From: Tubulanus polymorphus
Lineage: Eukaryota; Animalia; Nemertea
Direction of reading: 5' to 3'
Length of the DNA: 64,000 nucleotides
NCBI RefSeq assembly: GCF_964204645.1
Contig: NC_134027.1
Span: forward strand, 10,510,485-10,574,484
Translations under genes and position numbers: made by a program
Notes under the pieces: generated by a model
The model's input: the letters and a program-made list of their open reading frames with translations, nothing else
The model's database searches: none
What the model was told of the DNA's origin: nothing
Shown here: positions 52,204-63,958 of the stretch, piece by piece
Numbering within the stretch: the first letter of the stretch is position 1
Layout: each line of letters begins with the position of its first letter

Positions 52204-53004
52204 GGAACAAAACTAATGTCCGAAAGCTTTTTAGCTCTCCGTCACCGGTCACATGCCGAGAACACCAGACAAAGAGCCAGCCAGGAATATACTGCCCTCT
52301 ACAAGCCCTCACACAGAACACAAAAAAACAGGATGACAATGCCTTACTTTCACCATTTACCGAGAGGGTGTGCCGGGTGACGTCAGTAACTGACAAACCT
52401 ATCAAATTGCCCAAGCCAAAAATAGGGCAGCGCAACTGGATTGCCCGCACTAGCACCCAAAGGAAGACAAGACTTAATCCATGCCCGAAGCAACCCACAG
52501 GGAATCAATGAATACTAACACTCAAAGGAAGACAGGGAAATTAATCCCTGCCCGAAGCAATCCCTTAAAAGGAATCAATGAATGCTAGCACGCAAGCGAT
52601 CCCGCAGTGAATCAATGAATCCTAGCACGCAAAGGAAGACAGGGAAATTAATCCCTGCCCGAAGCAATCCCTTAAAAGGAATCAATGAATGCTAGAACGC
52701 AAAGGAAGACAAGACTAAATCTTTGCCCGAAACAATTCCTGAAAAGGAATCAATGAATACTAGTAGACAGTCCAGCTTTACTACTCCATTTTTAACCTGT
52801 GCAATCCGACTGACTTGCCCGTCATCGACGTCACCCAGCACACTCTGTTGATACGTGGGGAGAGTGAGGCCTCATCATCATGGTTTTTGTGTTCCGTATG
52901 AGGGCGTGTAGAGGGCAGCCATTTCCTGACCGACTCTTTGTCTGACATCCTCGACATGTGACCGGCGAAGGAGCGCCGACGCTTTCGGACATTAGTTTTG
53001 TTCC
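52204..53004 (-). ncRNA. Candidate long hairpin RNA: ~250-bp diverged arms enclosing a tandem-repeat loop
   Basis: 52204-~52455 aligns with the reverse complement of ~52759-53004 (24-bp perfect end, roughly 70-75% identity). Most transitions give G-U pairs on the minus strand. The inverted repeat is certain; the RNA call is inference. Confidence 0.5.
52449..52763. repeat. Tandem array of ~70-bp units (about 4.5 copies) in the hairpin loop
   Basis: Unit CTAGCACGCAAAGGAAGACAGGGAAATTAATCCCTGCCCGAAGCAATCCCTTAAAAGGAATCAATGAATG. Confidence 0.92.
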
Positions 53005-54011
53005 AGGAAACGTTGAAATTCGACAAAGAAATCGGCCCTGAAAAATTGAACGGTTTAGACCCTGAAAAATAGAACGGATTAATAAACATGCAACAGTACA
53101 GGACAGCACGGAGATGAACAGTAACACATAAAACATAAAGACGTCGTTCCTCAGGAAGCATGAACAGGAGCAGGAGCAGGAGCGGGAGCGCAGCGAAAAT
53201 CGCCAGGAGGAGAATCCACGGTAGCATGTTCACAGTGTGAGTGTGCAGAGGTGAATGGCCTATGCTTGTACTACACCGTGGTCAGCCGGTGACGTATTCA
53301 ATAGGGCATGTGAGTGTTATCAACAACTCTGAAAAACCGCTATTGTGTCTCTATTGTTGAAAGGATCTACCTTGAATACGCACCAGTAGCCAGCCGAACC
53401 TACCGTGGAACTTAAAGGCCATATAAAATAAATTACTCGATTCTCGACTCTCGAATTTAGCGCCGCCTGGTTTTTTTCAGTCTGTTGTGGTCGGCTACGG
53501 TCGGTTTTAAGGTACAGTGCGTACTCTTCGAGCGTCAGTCGATCGTTCGTCTGGGGTCCTAACCTGCTGAAATGACAAAAGCACGAAACTGAGTTCGATT
53601 TAAAAGGTTACAGTCCTCAAATAATAAACACAGAATTAAATAAACCTTGAACGCCGGAGTCCAGACTTTTTGACCCTCGACGCCGCCGGAGCACACGAAG
53701 TTTCCCTTCGCTGAAAGTTGTGGAAGGCGAATTTATCACGTCAAATCAAATTTGATTTGGTCTAATTTTTTAATTCATCATGGCATCAAATTCAAATCGA
53801 TTTGTCAAATCATCAAATCACCCCCGGAGGCCGGGTGATTTGATACGATTTGAAGATGGTAGACTCACAAATTTGTTTCGAAAAACTGATATGAATGTCA
53901 AAACTGAAAGAGAGACCTGAAACGCACTCATAGGATATAATATTTTAAAAAGTGGGGACAGTATTTTGTCAGCCGTATGTGAGTTAGTGACAATTATTCA
54001 TTTTGTAGGAA

Positions 54012-55502
54012 AACCGATCGGGTCCTCTCACGCCATGTTTCAATTGATGCTATTCTGCAGACCATTTGGGGCTTGACACGCCATATAGAAGACAAATCGC
54101 GGTTTTTCTAGCAGTATTTGTTTTGTTTTCTAACACTTTGTGATTATCAAATCATGAACAATATATAACTAATTGAAACTAAAGATATAATTTAATTGCT
54201 TCCATAGAAGACTGATCGGGTCCTCTCACGCCATATTGGCTGCAGAACATTTGGGGCCTGACACGCCATGTACGTAGAAGACAGCGTGATTTTAAGAGCT
54301 TTATGTAACAGTTGCTTTTTTCTAAGACTAAATGATTGACAAACTATGTTGAATGATTACTGTTTGAACAGTTAAGTAATTAATGACAATTAATCATTTG
54401 TTTTTACGGAAACCCGATTGGGTCCTCTCACGCCATGTTTCAATTGAAGCTATTCTGCAGACCGTTTGGGGCTTGACAAGCCATAATGGCTGCAGAATAT
54501 CTGGGGCCTGACACGCCATGTAGAAGACAGCATGATTTTAGGCCAGTTTTTGTAACAGTATTTGCTTTTTTCTAAGACTAAATTATTGACAAACCATGTT
54601 TCAATTTATTCTGCAGAAAATTTGGGGCTTGACGCGCCATATTGGCCTGCAGAACATTTGGGGCCTGACACGCCATGTAGAAGGCTACGCGATCTTAGGA
54701 GCCATATTGACTGGAGAACACACTAGATTGGATCCTGGCGCGCCATATATGTTTTTCTAACATTATCTATGTTCTTCTAAGACTAAATGATCAACAAATC
54801 ATGTGAAATAGATGAATGATTCATTGAAATGTAAGATAAATAATTAAAATTTTTATTCTGTAAAACTCATTCAGTAGATATGTAATGTGTTTGTATTTTT
54901 CATGCTGGTGAAATACGTATATGATTGTTTAAATTGTGTTTCAAAATAAAGTGTGTACACTGCATTAGATTAACAAACAACGATCAATTTCTATTCTGTA
55001 AAACTCATTTTGTAAATATGTAATGTTTTTTGTGTTTTTCGTATGCCAGTGAAGAATGATATGATAAGTTTTTAATTGTGTTTTAAGTGTAAAATGTTTT
55101 CAATCTATCAATACATTCCGTAAATAGATATGTTATGTTATGTTATGTTATACCTTACCCTGGTATTTTCCTGTTCCATCAGATTCATAGGAAATAAGAA
55201 ATTCATATAAAATAAAGTTTGATTCAAACATTACTCGTTATATTGATTAAAAGTAATCTTCTGAATCAAATCATTTTCATATATGCGATGTAATATGTAG
55301 TTCTAATTATGTATATATAGTACGTTGTAAATAATCGATTAAAATAATTATCCAATCGAATATTTCAACTTCGGAAGTAAAACCGCGAGACGTAGTCGAC
55401 GTTTCATCTGCTGCATAGGATTAGATTTTTACTTTACGTTTACCACATGGCGTGTCAGGCCCCAATATGGCATGACAAGCCTCGGGGCTTGTGATGCCAT
55501 AT
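54012..55502. mobile_element. Subterminal-repeat-like array with inverted copies and a terminal hairpin (probable non-autonomous DNA element)
   Basis: About 10 copies of GGGG(C/T)(C/T)TGACACGCCAT or GGGTCCTCTCACGCCAT at 54012-54748. Inverted copy at 55447-55463; 17-bp hairpin at 55465-55502. Confidence 0.55.
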
Positions 55503-55745
55503 GCAGCAGGTCTTAAGATTGCCCTAGATGCTTCAACACCGTTCAAGGCTTCTATGCTTTTCGGACCTGGTTGAAAATGAACTTAACATCAATTTTAAGC
55601 AGTTTTCTTACACCAGTGCGTGTAATAACCAATTTCAAAGATAGCCCGAAGGTAACTGTAATATTTCTGTTTGTTGACATCTTTTCATTAACCCAAAAAT
55701 ACCACTGCAATTTGGATCCAAAATCTCTATATTTCTTCAACTTTG

Positions 55746-55914
55746 AGGAGAGAATCCCACAATGATAATAAAAAGTCCGAAAATGAAACTTCGAGATATT
55801 AGTTTATTTCAACGTTTCGACTATATCCTAATAGTCATCTTCAGGAATAATGAGATACTACTGGGATTCTCTCCTCATCGCGTCAACACGGATATAGTGT
55901 TCTACCAATCATGA
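55746..55914 (+). mobile_element. Miniature Penelope-type insertion (inverted repeat segment plus tail) with 13-bp TSD
   Basis: TTCTTCAACTTTG occurs at 55733-55745 and 55915-55927. Inverted repeat GAGGAGAGAATCCCA / TGGGATTCTCTCCTC. The tail CACGGATATAGTGTTCTACCAAT resembles the tail of the 35513-36199 PLE. Confidence 0.8.
55808..55847 (-). ncRNA. Minimal hammerhead ribozyme motif
   Basis: Minus strand: uuc CUGAAGA u GACUAU uaggau AUAGUC GAAA cg UU gaa. Confidence 0.8.
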
Positions 55915-56020
55915 TTCTTCAACTTTGCTTGGTCTGGTCCCTGTGGATAGTCAGTAACCTGTCTGTGGTTAAGTTTCACGATCGGATATTCTCACAAGCC
56001 CATCCGATTATAAAAAGCTT

Positions 56021-59000
56021 ATGGTAAGATTCAAGAATGCATGCACAGTGGTTTCCGCCGCATCAATACGGTCACAGGCAAAAGCGAAGCCGTTTCATCC
56101 CTTGTTATTTTAATATAGTAAGGTGTCGCGCCCGCTGATACTGATCCTTAACAGCCAATTATTTATCGGAACTCTATAGTGGATAAATAAACAACATCAA
56201 CAAGAGGTTATTCTGTGATATTTTGAATTTATTTGCAGTTTAAATTTAGTGCCATTCTCGCGAGATTATCAACAACTCGGAAGTAAAATCCAAGCCAGTT
56301 TACAAGCCCCTGTGGTTGTTCCCCAAACAACGAACCGCAACAATGACTGGTATTCAGACTACTGGTGACTTAAAGTCTACACATAGGTCTTTTGTGTGTC
56401 ATCGATTTTTTGGGATAATCCACTTGATATTTTGCACACATATCTAAAATTGGGTTTTAATACGAGCAGTGAAACTGTGCAGTCCAGTCAATAAGCTTAC
56501 CGTAAACCAGGGCGCATTTTGTTTTTATATCCATTTTCCACTATTATTGAAGGATTGTGAAAAAGTCTATCTCTGACTCGTTTGAATTCTTTGATTTAAC
56601 CTACGGGTTAAAGTTAACACTAGTTGTTTCATGTGAGAAAAAACAAATAAAACGGAACAGAAGTCTATTTCACATATGGCCAAGAAGGCTTTCTGTAGGC
56701 CTATTGCTGGGTGACTCTTAGATGAGTAGTTGGGAGAAAAAAAAATTCCCAAAATGTAATTTATCATTTTATATTTTTACATTCAAAAGCTGTTAATATC
56801 AAGCGATTAATTGATTAATTAATCAACTTTTTTTGGTGTCCTATTCAATAGATTTTACTGAGAATAGCTGCCACTCCTATTCACGGAAGTAGCCGACGAT
56901 ATAGCAACGCGAGCAGCAGTGACCAGAAAATATATGAGTTGCGTCAATACACAATCATCAGCAAAGATGCTCGGAAAGCGATTCAAGCCGCAAATGAAAA
57001 CATTCACAATCGGATGAAACATTCGAAATGTACCGGCTTCTGGCTCTCGGAACTCGGTGGCCTCAATGAATTCATCCATATCTGGGAATATGGTAAGCAT
57101 TACAGGGTTCGTTCCAAGCACTTGTCCGATTGCCTGGGACAAGTATATTCCCATTAGGTTATCATTATCACATATACGCCGGGCTAGTGTGTCCGTATGT
57201 CTCAAAGCTTTATAGGAAAACTGTGGCGAAAGATGCGTTTCTGAGCAAAATACTTTTTGAAACATTTCCCTGCTTTAGTGTTGATTTTTGTAAATAATTG
57301 AAAATAAATGGCAAGCTTCTAACAGTTTTGAAAAATTGCCCCCGGCTTTTATAGCTTTTACAGTAAAATTCTAAGGGCAAGTTGGTTTTTCAGGGGCGCC
57401 ATGTGAAATTTGCCCGCCATAGGCAAGTGGCCTTTATTCCTAAGTTCAGTTCAGACGCTGGTATTACTCCGTATGATTCTTTTCACCCTACATAGATCTT
57501 GTATAATGTTGGTCTTTAACTGTGATTTAATTGTAGAAAGTCTGGCCCAACGAGCTACAGTGAGGAAAAATTTGAGCGAAGACCCTGGGTTTATAGGGAT
57601 GACCGAGAAGCTGTTTCCCTACTTTCAATCGATGACAAATGCGGTTACCGTTCCGATGTCATGGTTTCCAACTATAAAAGAAGTCACAACGTCAACAGGT
57701 TGGCTATGGCATATTGGTTTCCTTTCCAGGCCTGGTTTCACAAAAATTCAATCTAATTTGTGGCTTAATAAGGCCGCGTTTTCAGAGAAGGATAACAATT
57801 CATACTTGAAAGCTGTTTTAATGAAAAATTTAGTTGCTCAAATGTTTTGAAATAAAAGCTGAAACTAAGCCTCTAGAACTTTTGAAAATTACCGGGTATA
57901 AGAAATAATATTGCCCGAAAAAATTTCGGACATTTTTTCGCGGGTTTCATGAAATACTTGTATATCAACCCATGGCAGAAAATATTGAAACATCCATACC
58001 AATGAGCTTAGAATTATATTGTAGGGACTATATTCATATTGGGTATCTCTATAACACTCTATATGCCGTCTATTCTAATTGGCTGTAATATTGGATGTAT
58101 CAAATCTGATACGGACGGCGTTGAAGGTTAAATCGTACATAACCATTGATGAAACACTACGATATGTAGAGAATCCCATGCTAATATAATGAGAGAGAGA
58201 TGAAGACCGAAAAATTTCCTTTAAAGCTGATAATTAATTGAATTTGACGCACGAGCTTTCGCTTCTAATGAATAGAAGCTTCATCAGGTGAATTAGTATA
58301 GTCAATAGAAAAACATAGAATAGAAAATCCGGGTCTGTTTTTCTATGGACTATACTCATTCACCTGATGAAGCTTCTATTCATTAGAAGCGAAAGCTCGT
58401 GCGTCAAATAAATAGTTAACCTATACAGTGTACAGTGCTACTCGTCTCATTACTTATTTTAGACCTGGTTATCACGGCTACTCTACGAATGTTTTTTTTG
58501 TTGTTGAAGGTATTTACAGTATGGAAAGCTGGGTCGTTGCCGATTCAACTCATTCCTACGAAGGAGTCGAGAAATACTACAAGCACGTCGAAGCCAATTA
58601 CGATGCTCAACTCGTCGGCGCGTTACGTACGATATTTGGGCCGGTCGTCAATTCAGGTAGGTCAGAAGACGCTGACCTCTACTGTCAAACTCATTCGATT
58701 CAGATCATGCGTGACCATGAAATTCATCCAGTTTGTGAGAAATCCAAATCAAAAGCGTCATATTTTAAGTTTTAAAAAAGAATGATACCATGTTTCTCCT
58801 AATTGGCCGGATCATTTTGTAAACTGCGATAGAATTGGTTATCAGTTCATTTCTAGAACTGCCGGGTCTGTTTAAGTTAGCTTGATCATGATTTTGAAAA
58901 ATGTTATGTACAAGGCATAATAGGCGGCCAGCCGGGTCAACGTTAAAGCTCAGCAGTGAGAAGCAATTTTCGCTAGCCTTACATGCATCTATGTATAGGT

Positions 59001-59857
59001 GGAACATAGATAATATCTGTATAAGATCAATAAACTGATCCAACTTAGGCGGATTTTTTAGTAATTTTTCAAGAGTGGGATAGTCATTCAATATACAGAT
59101 CTTGTTAATCCTTGGTTAATCGGTTCTAGTAGCAGTAGAGTTTGTTGATCAAAGTATCTCTCTCTGGTTTGTTGAGAGAAGTAGATCTGAACCGTGAATA
59201 ATGCCCCACATGTAGTGCTTAATGGGATCAAGACAAATGCTAATATATCCCAGTAGGATTTTTAGATACAGTCAAATTCACTTAAGTTGCAAAGTGTTAC
59301 CAACTATGACGATTCTAGTGAGTTTCACGGTGTATAAGGGGCTGGTTTTATAGACAAGTTTGATTTTATTTTTCAGCGATCCTTTTGTGGAAGTATAATA
59401 ATTTGGATACTGCTGCTAAGATTCAATGCGACAGCTTCAAAGGTAATGCGCATAGATAAAATCTTATTTTTATCTGATCAGGGGCGGATCAAGGAAACTC
59501 GAAAGGCTCGGGGTCCAGGAGACAAGGCATTTTACCGATAAAGCGGCCATTTCATAGGCTACTGTCGGGGTCCCACCATCGTTGTTAGATATTCATTGGA
59601 AAATATGCAATTTCCGCCAAGGACGAGTTTCAAATTTGGATTAACGTTCTTTGACTTGATGAAAAGGGCAACCTCAATGGGAAGGCAGGAGTCCGGACCC
59701 CGAAGACCACCCATGTTGATCCAATTTTAATGTTTCCATATTTTGCTTGAATAACGGAGGTTTTTTTATTTCAGATTCTCGGCTTAAAGTAACGACTGGT
59801 GAATACAAAGTTTCTTCCAAGGTCCTTAGTTCTATGCCATTCTCTCCGCTGAAGTGA
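56021..59857 (+). CDS. NIPSNAP3: NIPSNAP3-like mitochondrial protein, ~233 aa. Exons 56021-56023 (ATG only, tentative), 56852-57092, 57537-57698, 58510-58656, 59377-59442, 59775-59857
   Basis: IYELRQY..GFWLSELGGLNEFIHIWEYESLAQRATVRK, a second degenerate repeat (LLWKY), and C-terminus PFSPLK*. All introns are GT-AG with consistent phases. N-terminus MILLRIAATPIHGSSRRYS resembles a presequence. AATAAA at 60094. Confidence 0.9.
58250..58290 (-). ncRNA. Mirror copy of the hammerhead motif on the minus strand
   Basis: Exact reverse complement of 58361-58401. Confidence 0.75.
58361..58401 (+). ncRNA. Minimal hammerhead ribozyme motif (sense to NIPSNAP)
   Basis: cac CUGAUGA a GCUUCUA uucau UAGAAGC GAAA gc UC gug. 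Confidence 0.78.
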
Positions 59858-62673
59858 ATATTGGTATTAGATACAATATCTAATGGTGCATTAAACATAT
59901 AATGACAAAATATAGTTTTATATGGATGAGATATATATATTATATATATTTAGATATTTACCCATAGTAGTTGTCTCTGAAGTGAAATTTTAACACTTGC
60001 ATTGGAATAGTGATCACCGTATACATGCAGATCTGTTAGATTTACTTTTACATTTTAAATGTGGATTAAGATTTTACAGGTATTAAATTACTCAATAAAC
60101 ATTTTCACATATAAAAGTTATTCATGGTTATTACTCGAGTTATTATTGTGAATTGGATGTTGAGCAGTTTATCAAGAAATACAGGTTTGAATGGTTGTTA
60201 CTTGATCCTGGAGCAACCACCTGTTATAACAATTATATTGGATGTGGTAGGGAAAATCAACCAAATGTCTCAATCCAAAATTTGCCAACCAATGACAAGA
60301 TCGAATTTCATGACAACAGACTATCCTTTTTCCCTAGTCATCACTTTCAGTCTTGTGATGATCATCATTTGCGACTCAAAAAGCCGAGTCGTCATTCACG
60401 TCACATATTAAAGTAAACACCATTTGTGACACATAAAAATTGGCGCATTGGCGATTTCTTTTGCGGAAAAAATAGGATATTTTTGGCAAATGGATGAGAT
60501 AAATAGGATTCCTATTGAAATGTAGGAAATATACGAGGTGCTGGAATGTCTGTTGGAGTGGTTTGAGAGGTTGATGCACGAAAATAAATAAACATACAAA
60601 AAAAGTAAACAAATCTATATATATATATTTTGCTGAATTTTTATTATTTAAAGTTTTCTCTGACAAATGGTTGTTTTACAGGATACTTGTATACTGAAGG
60701 TGTGTACACAATACATTCATATTGTCGATGTTTCGTTACGGGAGAATAACTGAACACAAATAGTATTATCATTTTTACAATACATGTAATGTAAAGTATC
60801 ATCGGTGAAAGCATGGAGTTTCAACGTCCATGGTCAATAGTGAAAGAAACACATATTAAATATGCCACCACCAGAAATTGAATCCAGTTTGAATTCCTGC
60901 AATGTGACTAAATTAATGCAGGGCGTCAATGTGCCAACCCTCAAACATTTGACACTTATCCCTTTCAGTACATTTACACCACAGCGCGGTGTATAAATCG
61001 GTGATGACTTTGCAAGTACACCGCATCGTGTATCGATATAACTTATAATTGGTTTTTATCTCTTGAAAGATGGCAGCACCTGTCAAGTAGTGAAATATTA
61101 AGCGACTAACGATACATCGCACCGCAGTGTAAATGCACTATAGCAGTATGCCCGCTATTGAATACGTCACGGGTGGAATTTTTTAAAGTTTCCACCAGCG
61201 TTTTCGTATTACTCAGCACAGTAAGGGTTAAATGATTCCAACTTTTGATAACGCAGGCTACATAGGTAACGCCAGACACTTCTCTTAAAATCTGATCGTC
61301 CGGACTCAATCTTAATGCGACATAGATCGTCTGGGCAACTGTGGTTCCAGGCTGCAGATTGATACCGGCTGATGCATTATTCAAATGCAACCCTCGGGTA
61401 ATTCGATTGTTCGAGGTCGAACGAAATCGACGATATACGTTCCCAAAAACGCTATTGACTTTCTTCTTAAATATATATATATTTTTCCTAAGATATTAAA
61501 CGTAACTCGGCGATTAAGAACGATTAATGACAGAAATTCTAACTGGAATGCTATTCTCCCATCATCTCTCCCCGCGCGTCATCCCCTGAAAGCTATATAA
61601 CCCGACTACGTATATGAAGCTGAACATCATAATCCGGTTTTTTCCCCTGATCTATCTTAACAACACACGATTCAGAGCCGCTTAAAACATTCATACAAAA
61701 TATCATTTTACAAACCGTTTTTTAAACTTTTAAAACCATCCTTTCATGCGTACGTACACAAGTATTCGCTAAAAATTCGACTCGAGAAAAATCTTCTTTC
61801 ATTTAAAACATGTACACATTTACACTATTTTAGTGATCTACCGATCTCCCAGGCAGATTGTATGACGATGCATTATGTACAGGACAATTGATAAATAATT
61901 TAAAGTCTGAATAACATAATGCATGTGTTTAGTTAAGATGATATGACAAAATCATATGAGTTCTTCATTATGCACATAGTGAATGTTGAAATAACAGGCA
62001 AGGCTATCTAAGAGCAAACCGACTTGAATATATAACAAAATATTTCAAGGATCTTTGCTGAAGTCCTCTACCTAATTTGAATAATATCCGAGATGGATGG
62101 TGTATACTTTCTAGGGTTGGGAAATATATTCTTATATTGAACAGTTTACAGAGTTTGCCAGATCTGACTTCAGCAGAGATGTCTGTACGTATTGACCGTA
62201 AAACCCAAACAGTCACACAAGATCAATCAGTCTAGCTACACTGGATAATACATACCACTTCTTAAATAATATAGAATAAAGAGATTACCAAATACTTCAA
62301 AGTACAGTAAAAGCCCGGTGCAACGCCATCTTTTTGTTGGTGCTCACTTATTGCCTACGATTTTCTGAGATCGCACTCAAATTCTATGGAAATACCATTC
62401 TTCATGATGCCAAATTCATTATAACGCCATATTTTTTTCACTGTCCTGACGATGGTCTGACAACAGGCTTTGACTGTATTTTCAATGCTAAGCAGCCGAG
62501 ACTTATAAATAAAGCTGAAATGCAATAAAAAGCTTAAAACATCTTAGAGGCTATGAAGTTATCGATAGACTGAAAGCTTTAGTGTTCATCAAACGAAACA
62601 AATCTCAGGTTAAAAAGAACTTTAATGAGAAGTTTTAATGAGAATCTACACATAGATAAAATTTCTATCCTTA

Positions 62674-63066
62674 GGCTAGATAAAAATGATACCTTGTTTC
62701 TCCTAATCGACCAAGTCAATTTAGTAAATAAATAAACCTTGTAATCAGTTCATTTCTATAGCTGCAGGGTACCTATGTGATGGTTTGATCTTCAAATAGG
62801 GATTGACCCTGTTATGTATTTGATAAGTAGATTTTGTTTGTTTTTTTATCTAGTGTCCTTTACAAACCCATCATACCTGCCGGGGCGAAACAGAGGGGGT
62901 TGTGTTACATTTTGAAAACGGAAATCGAAGTACAGATATAGTTGGGGGGTGTGATGGTTAGTTAGCCTGATCATGATTTTAAAAGAAGTAATGTACAGGG
63001 TAGATAGGCGGCCGGGCGGGTCAAGCTCAGCAGAAAGGAGAAACAAGGTATCAATTTCTTTTAGCC
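62674..63066. mobile_element. MITE with GG...CC termini and TTA TSD (Zator- or PIF/Harbinger-like); a degenerate relative lies at ~58770-58978
   Basis: TTA|GGCTAGATAAAAATGATACCTTGTTTCTCCT ... AGGAGAAACAAGGTATCAATTTCTTTTAGCC|TTA. Confidence 0.78.
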
Positions 63067-63701
63067 TTATTCGCGTACAACTAACTCTTTTGGAAGGGTA
63101 AATGCCTCGAGAGCTGAGGAAACTGCGCAGGAAGGAATGCTACCCAAAATTGATGCGCCGGTTTAAACCAATTTATCACATGTCGTCGTCCGGTTTAGGT
63201 TTATGTCTCGTACTTTCCCTGCCGCACACATACAATACAAACAATAAAAACATAGATTCACCAAACAAATACCTATATTCATATACTATCAACAATACAC
63301 AGTTCGTACTCAATGATATAACAATATGCATATGTTTATACTTAATTTTAAATATTTACAGATTTTTGAAAGCGTTCGCATGAAGATTTTTTTCTCATTC
63401 GTTCACGAGCAGCGCATTCAACGTTGTAACGAGTCGCGACACCGTTGATCCGAAGACGATACCTCAGAACTCGGAGCGTTGAAATACAGCGCTGCTGCCG
63501 CCGTCATTCACATCAGGAATGTAATGACCGACAGGTCGGCTTCAGATATCTAACTCTCGCGAGTAACGTGTCATCGTTACTCGAAAAGGAATAATAAATA
63601 CTCTACGGGTACATTTCATTTCACAATTATTACCGCCGACGACTAGCGAGTGATCAGCGCAACGGTCGTAGCGATCGTTGAACTAAGCTACGGCTATATA
63701 C

Positions 63702-63958
63702 CAGGGCTGTACATAGCAGGGGGCAATAACCCCTCTCCCTGAAATTTTGAAAAATATTTTTGTTAATATCATTGTTATCCATTAGGAATTCAATGTAGAA
63801 TCCTTTACTTGGGACCGACAAACATTTCGTTACAGGCCTACAGTTTTGTTATGGCACGAATGAAGAATCGTTACACCAATTTTTGATTTCAGGTAACTGC
63901 CTCTTTTCAGGGTTCTCCACCCCGCCCCCGCGAAATTCAAATGCTAGGTACAGCCCTG
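63702..63958. mobile_element. hAT-like MITE
   Basis: TIRs CAGGGCTGTACaTAGCA / TGCTAgGTACAGCCCTG; flanked by TATAC on both sides. Confidence 0.75.

Larger units (their letters stand above)
58242..58409. mobile_element. Palindromic Penelope-type remnant in NIPSNAP intron 3 (52-bp perfect arms, ~70 bp with mismatches)
   Basis: 58242-58293 is the exact reverse complement of 58358-58409. Each arm carries a hammerhead motif. Confidence 0.75.

Noticed and set aside
52781-53233. 150-aa minus-strand ORF with a Leu-rich N-terminus
   Set aside because: The hydrophobic run comes from low-complexity CTCCTG repeats, and the frame crosses acceptor-like tracts and a hairpin arm. Not supportable as a CDS without expression data.
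62443-62585. Two hammerhead-like strings (gtcCTGACGAtggtctg..caggct; ..gatagactGAAAgcTT..)
   Set aside because: The first lacks GAAA and the second lacks an intact CUGANGA; decayed relics at best.
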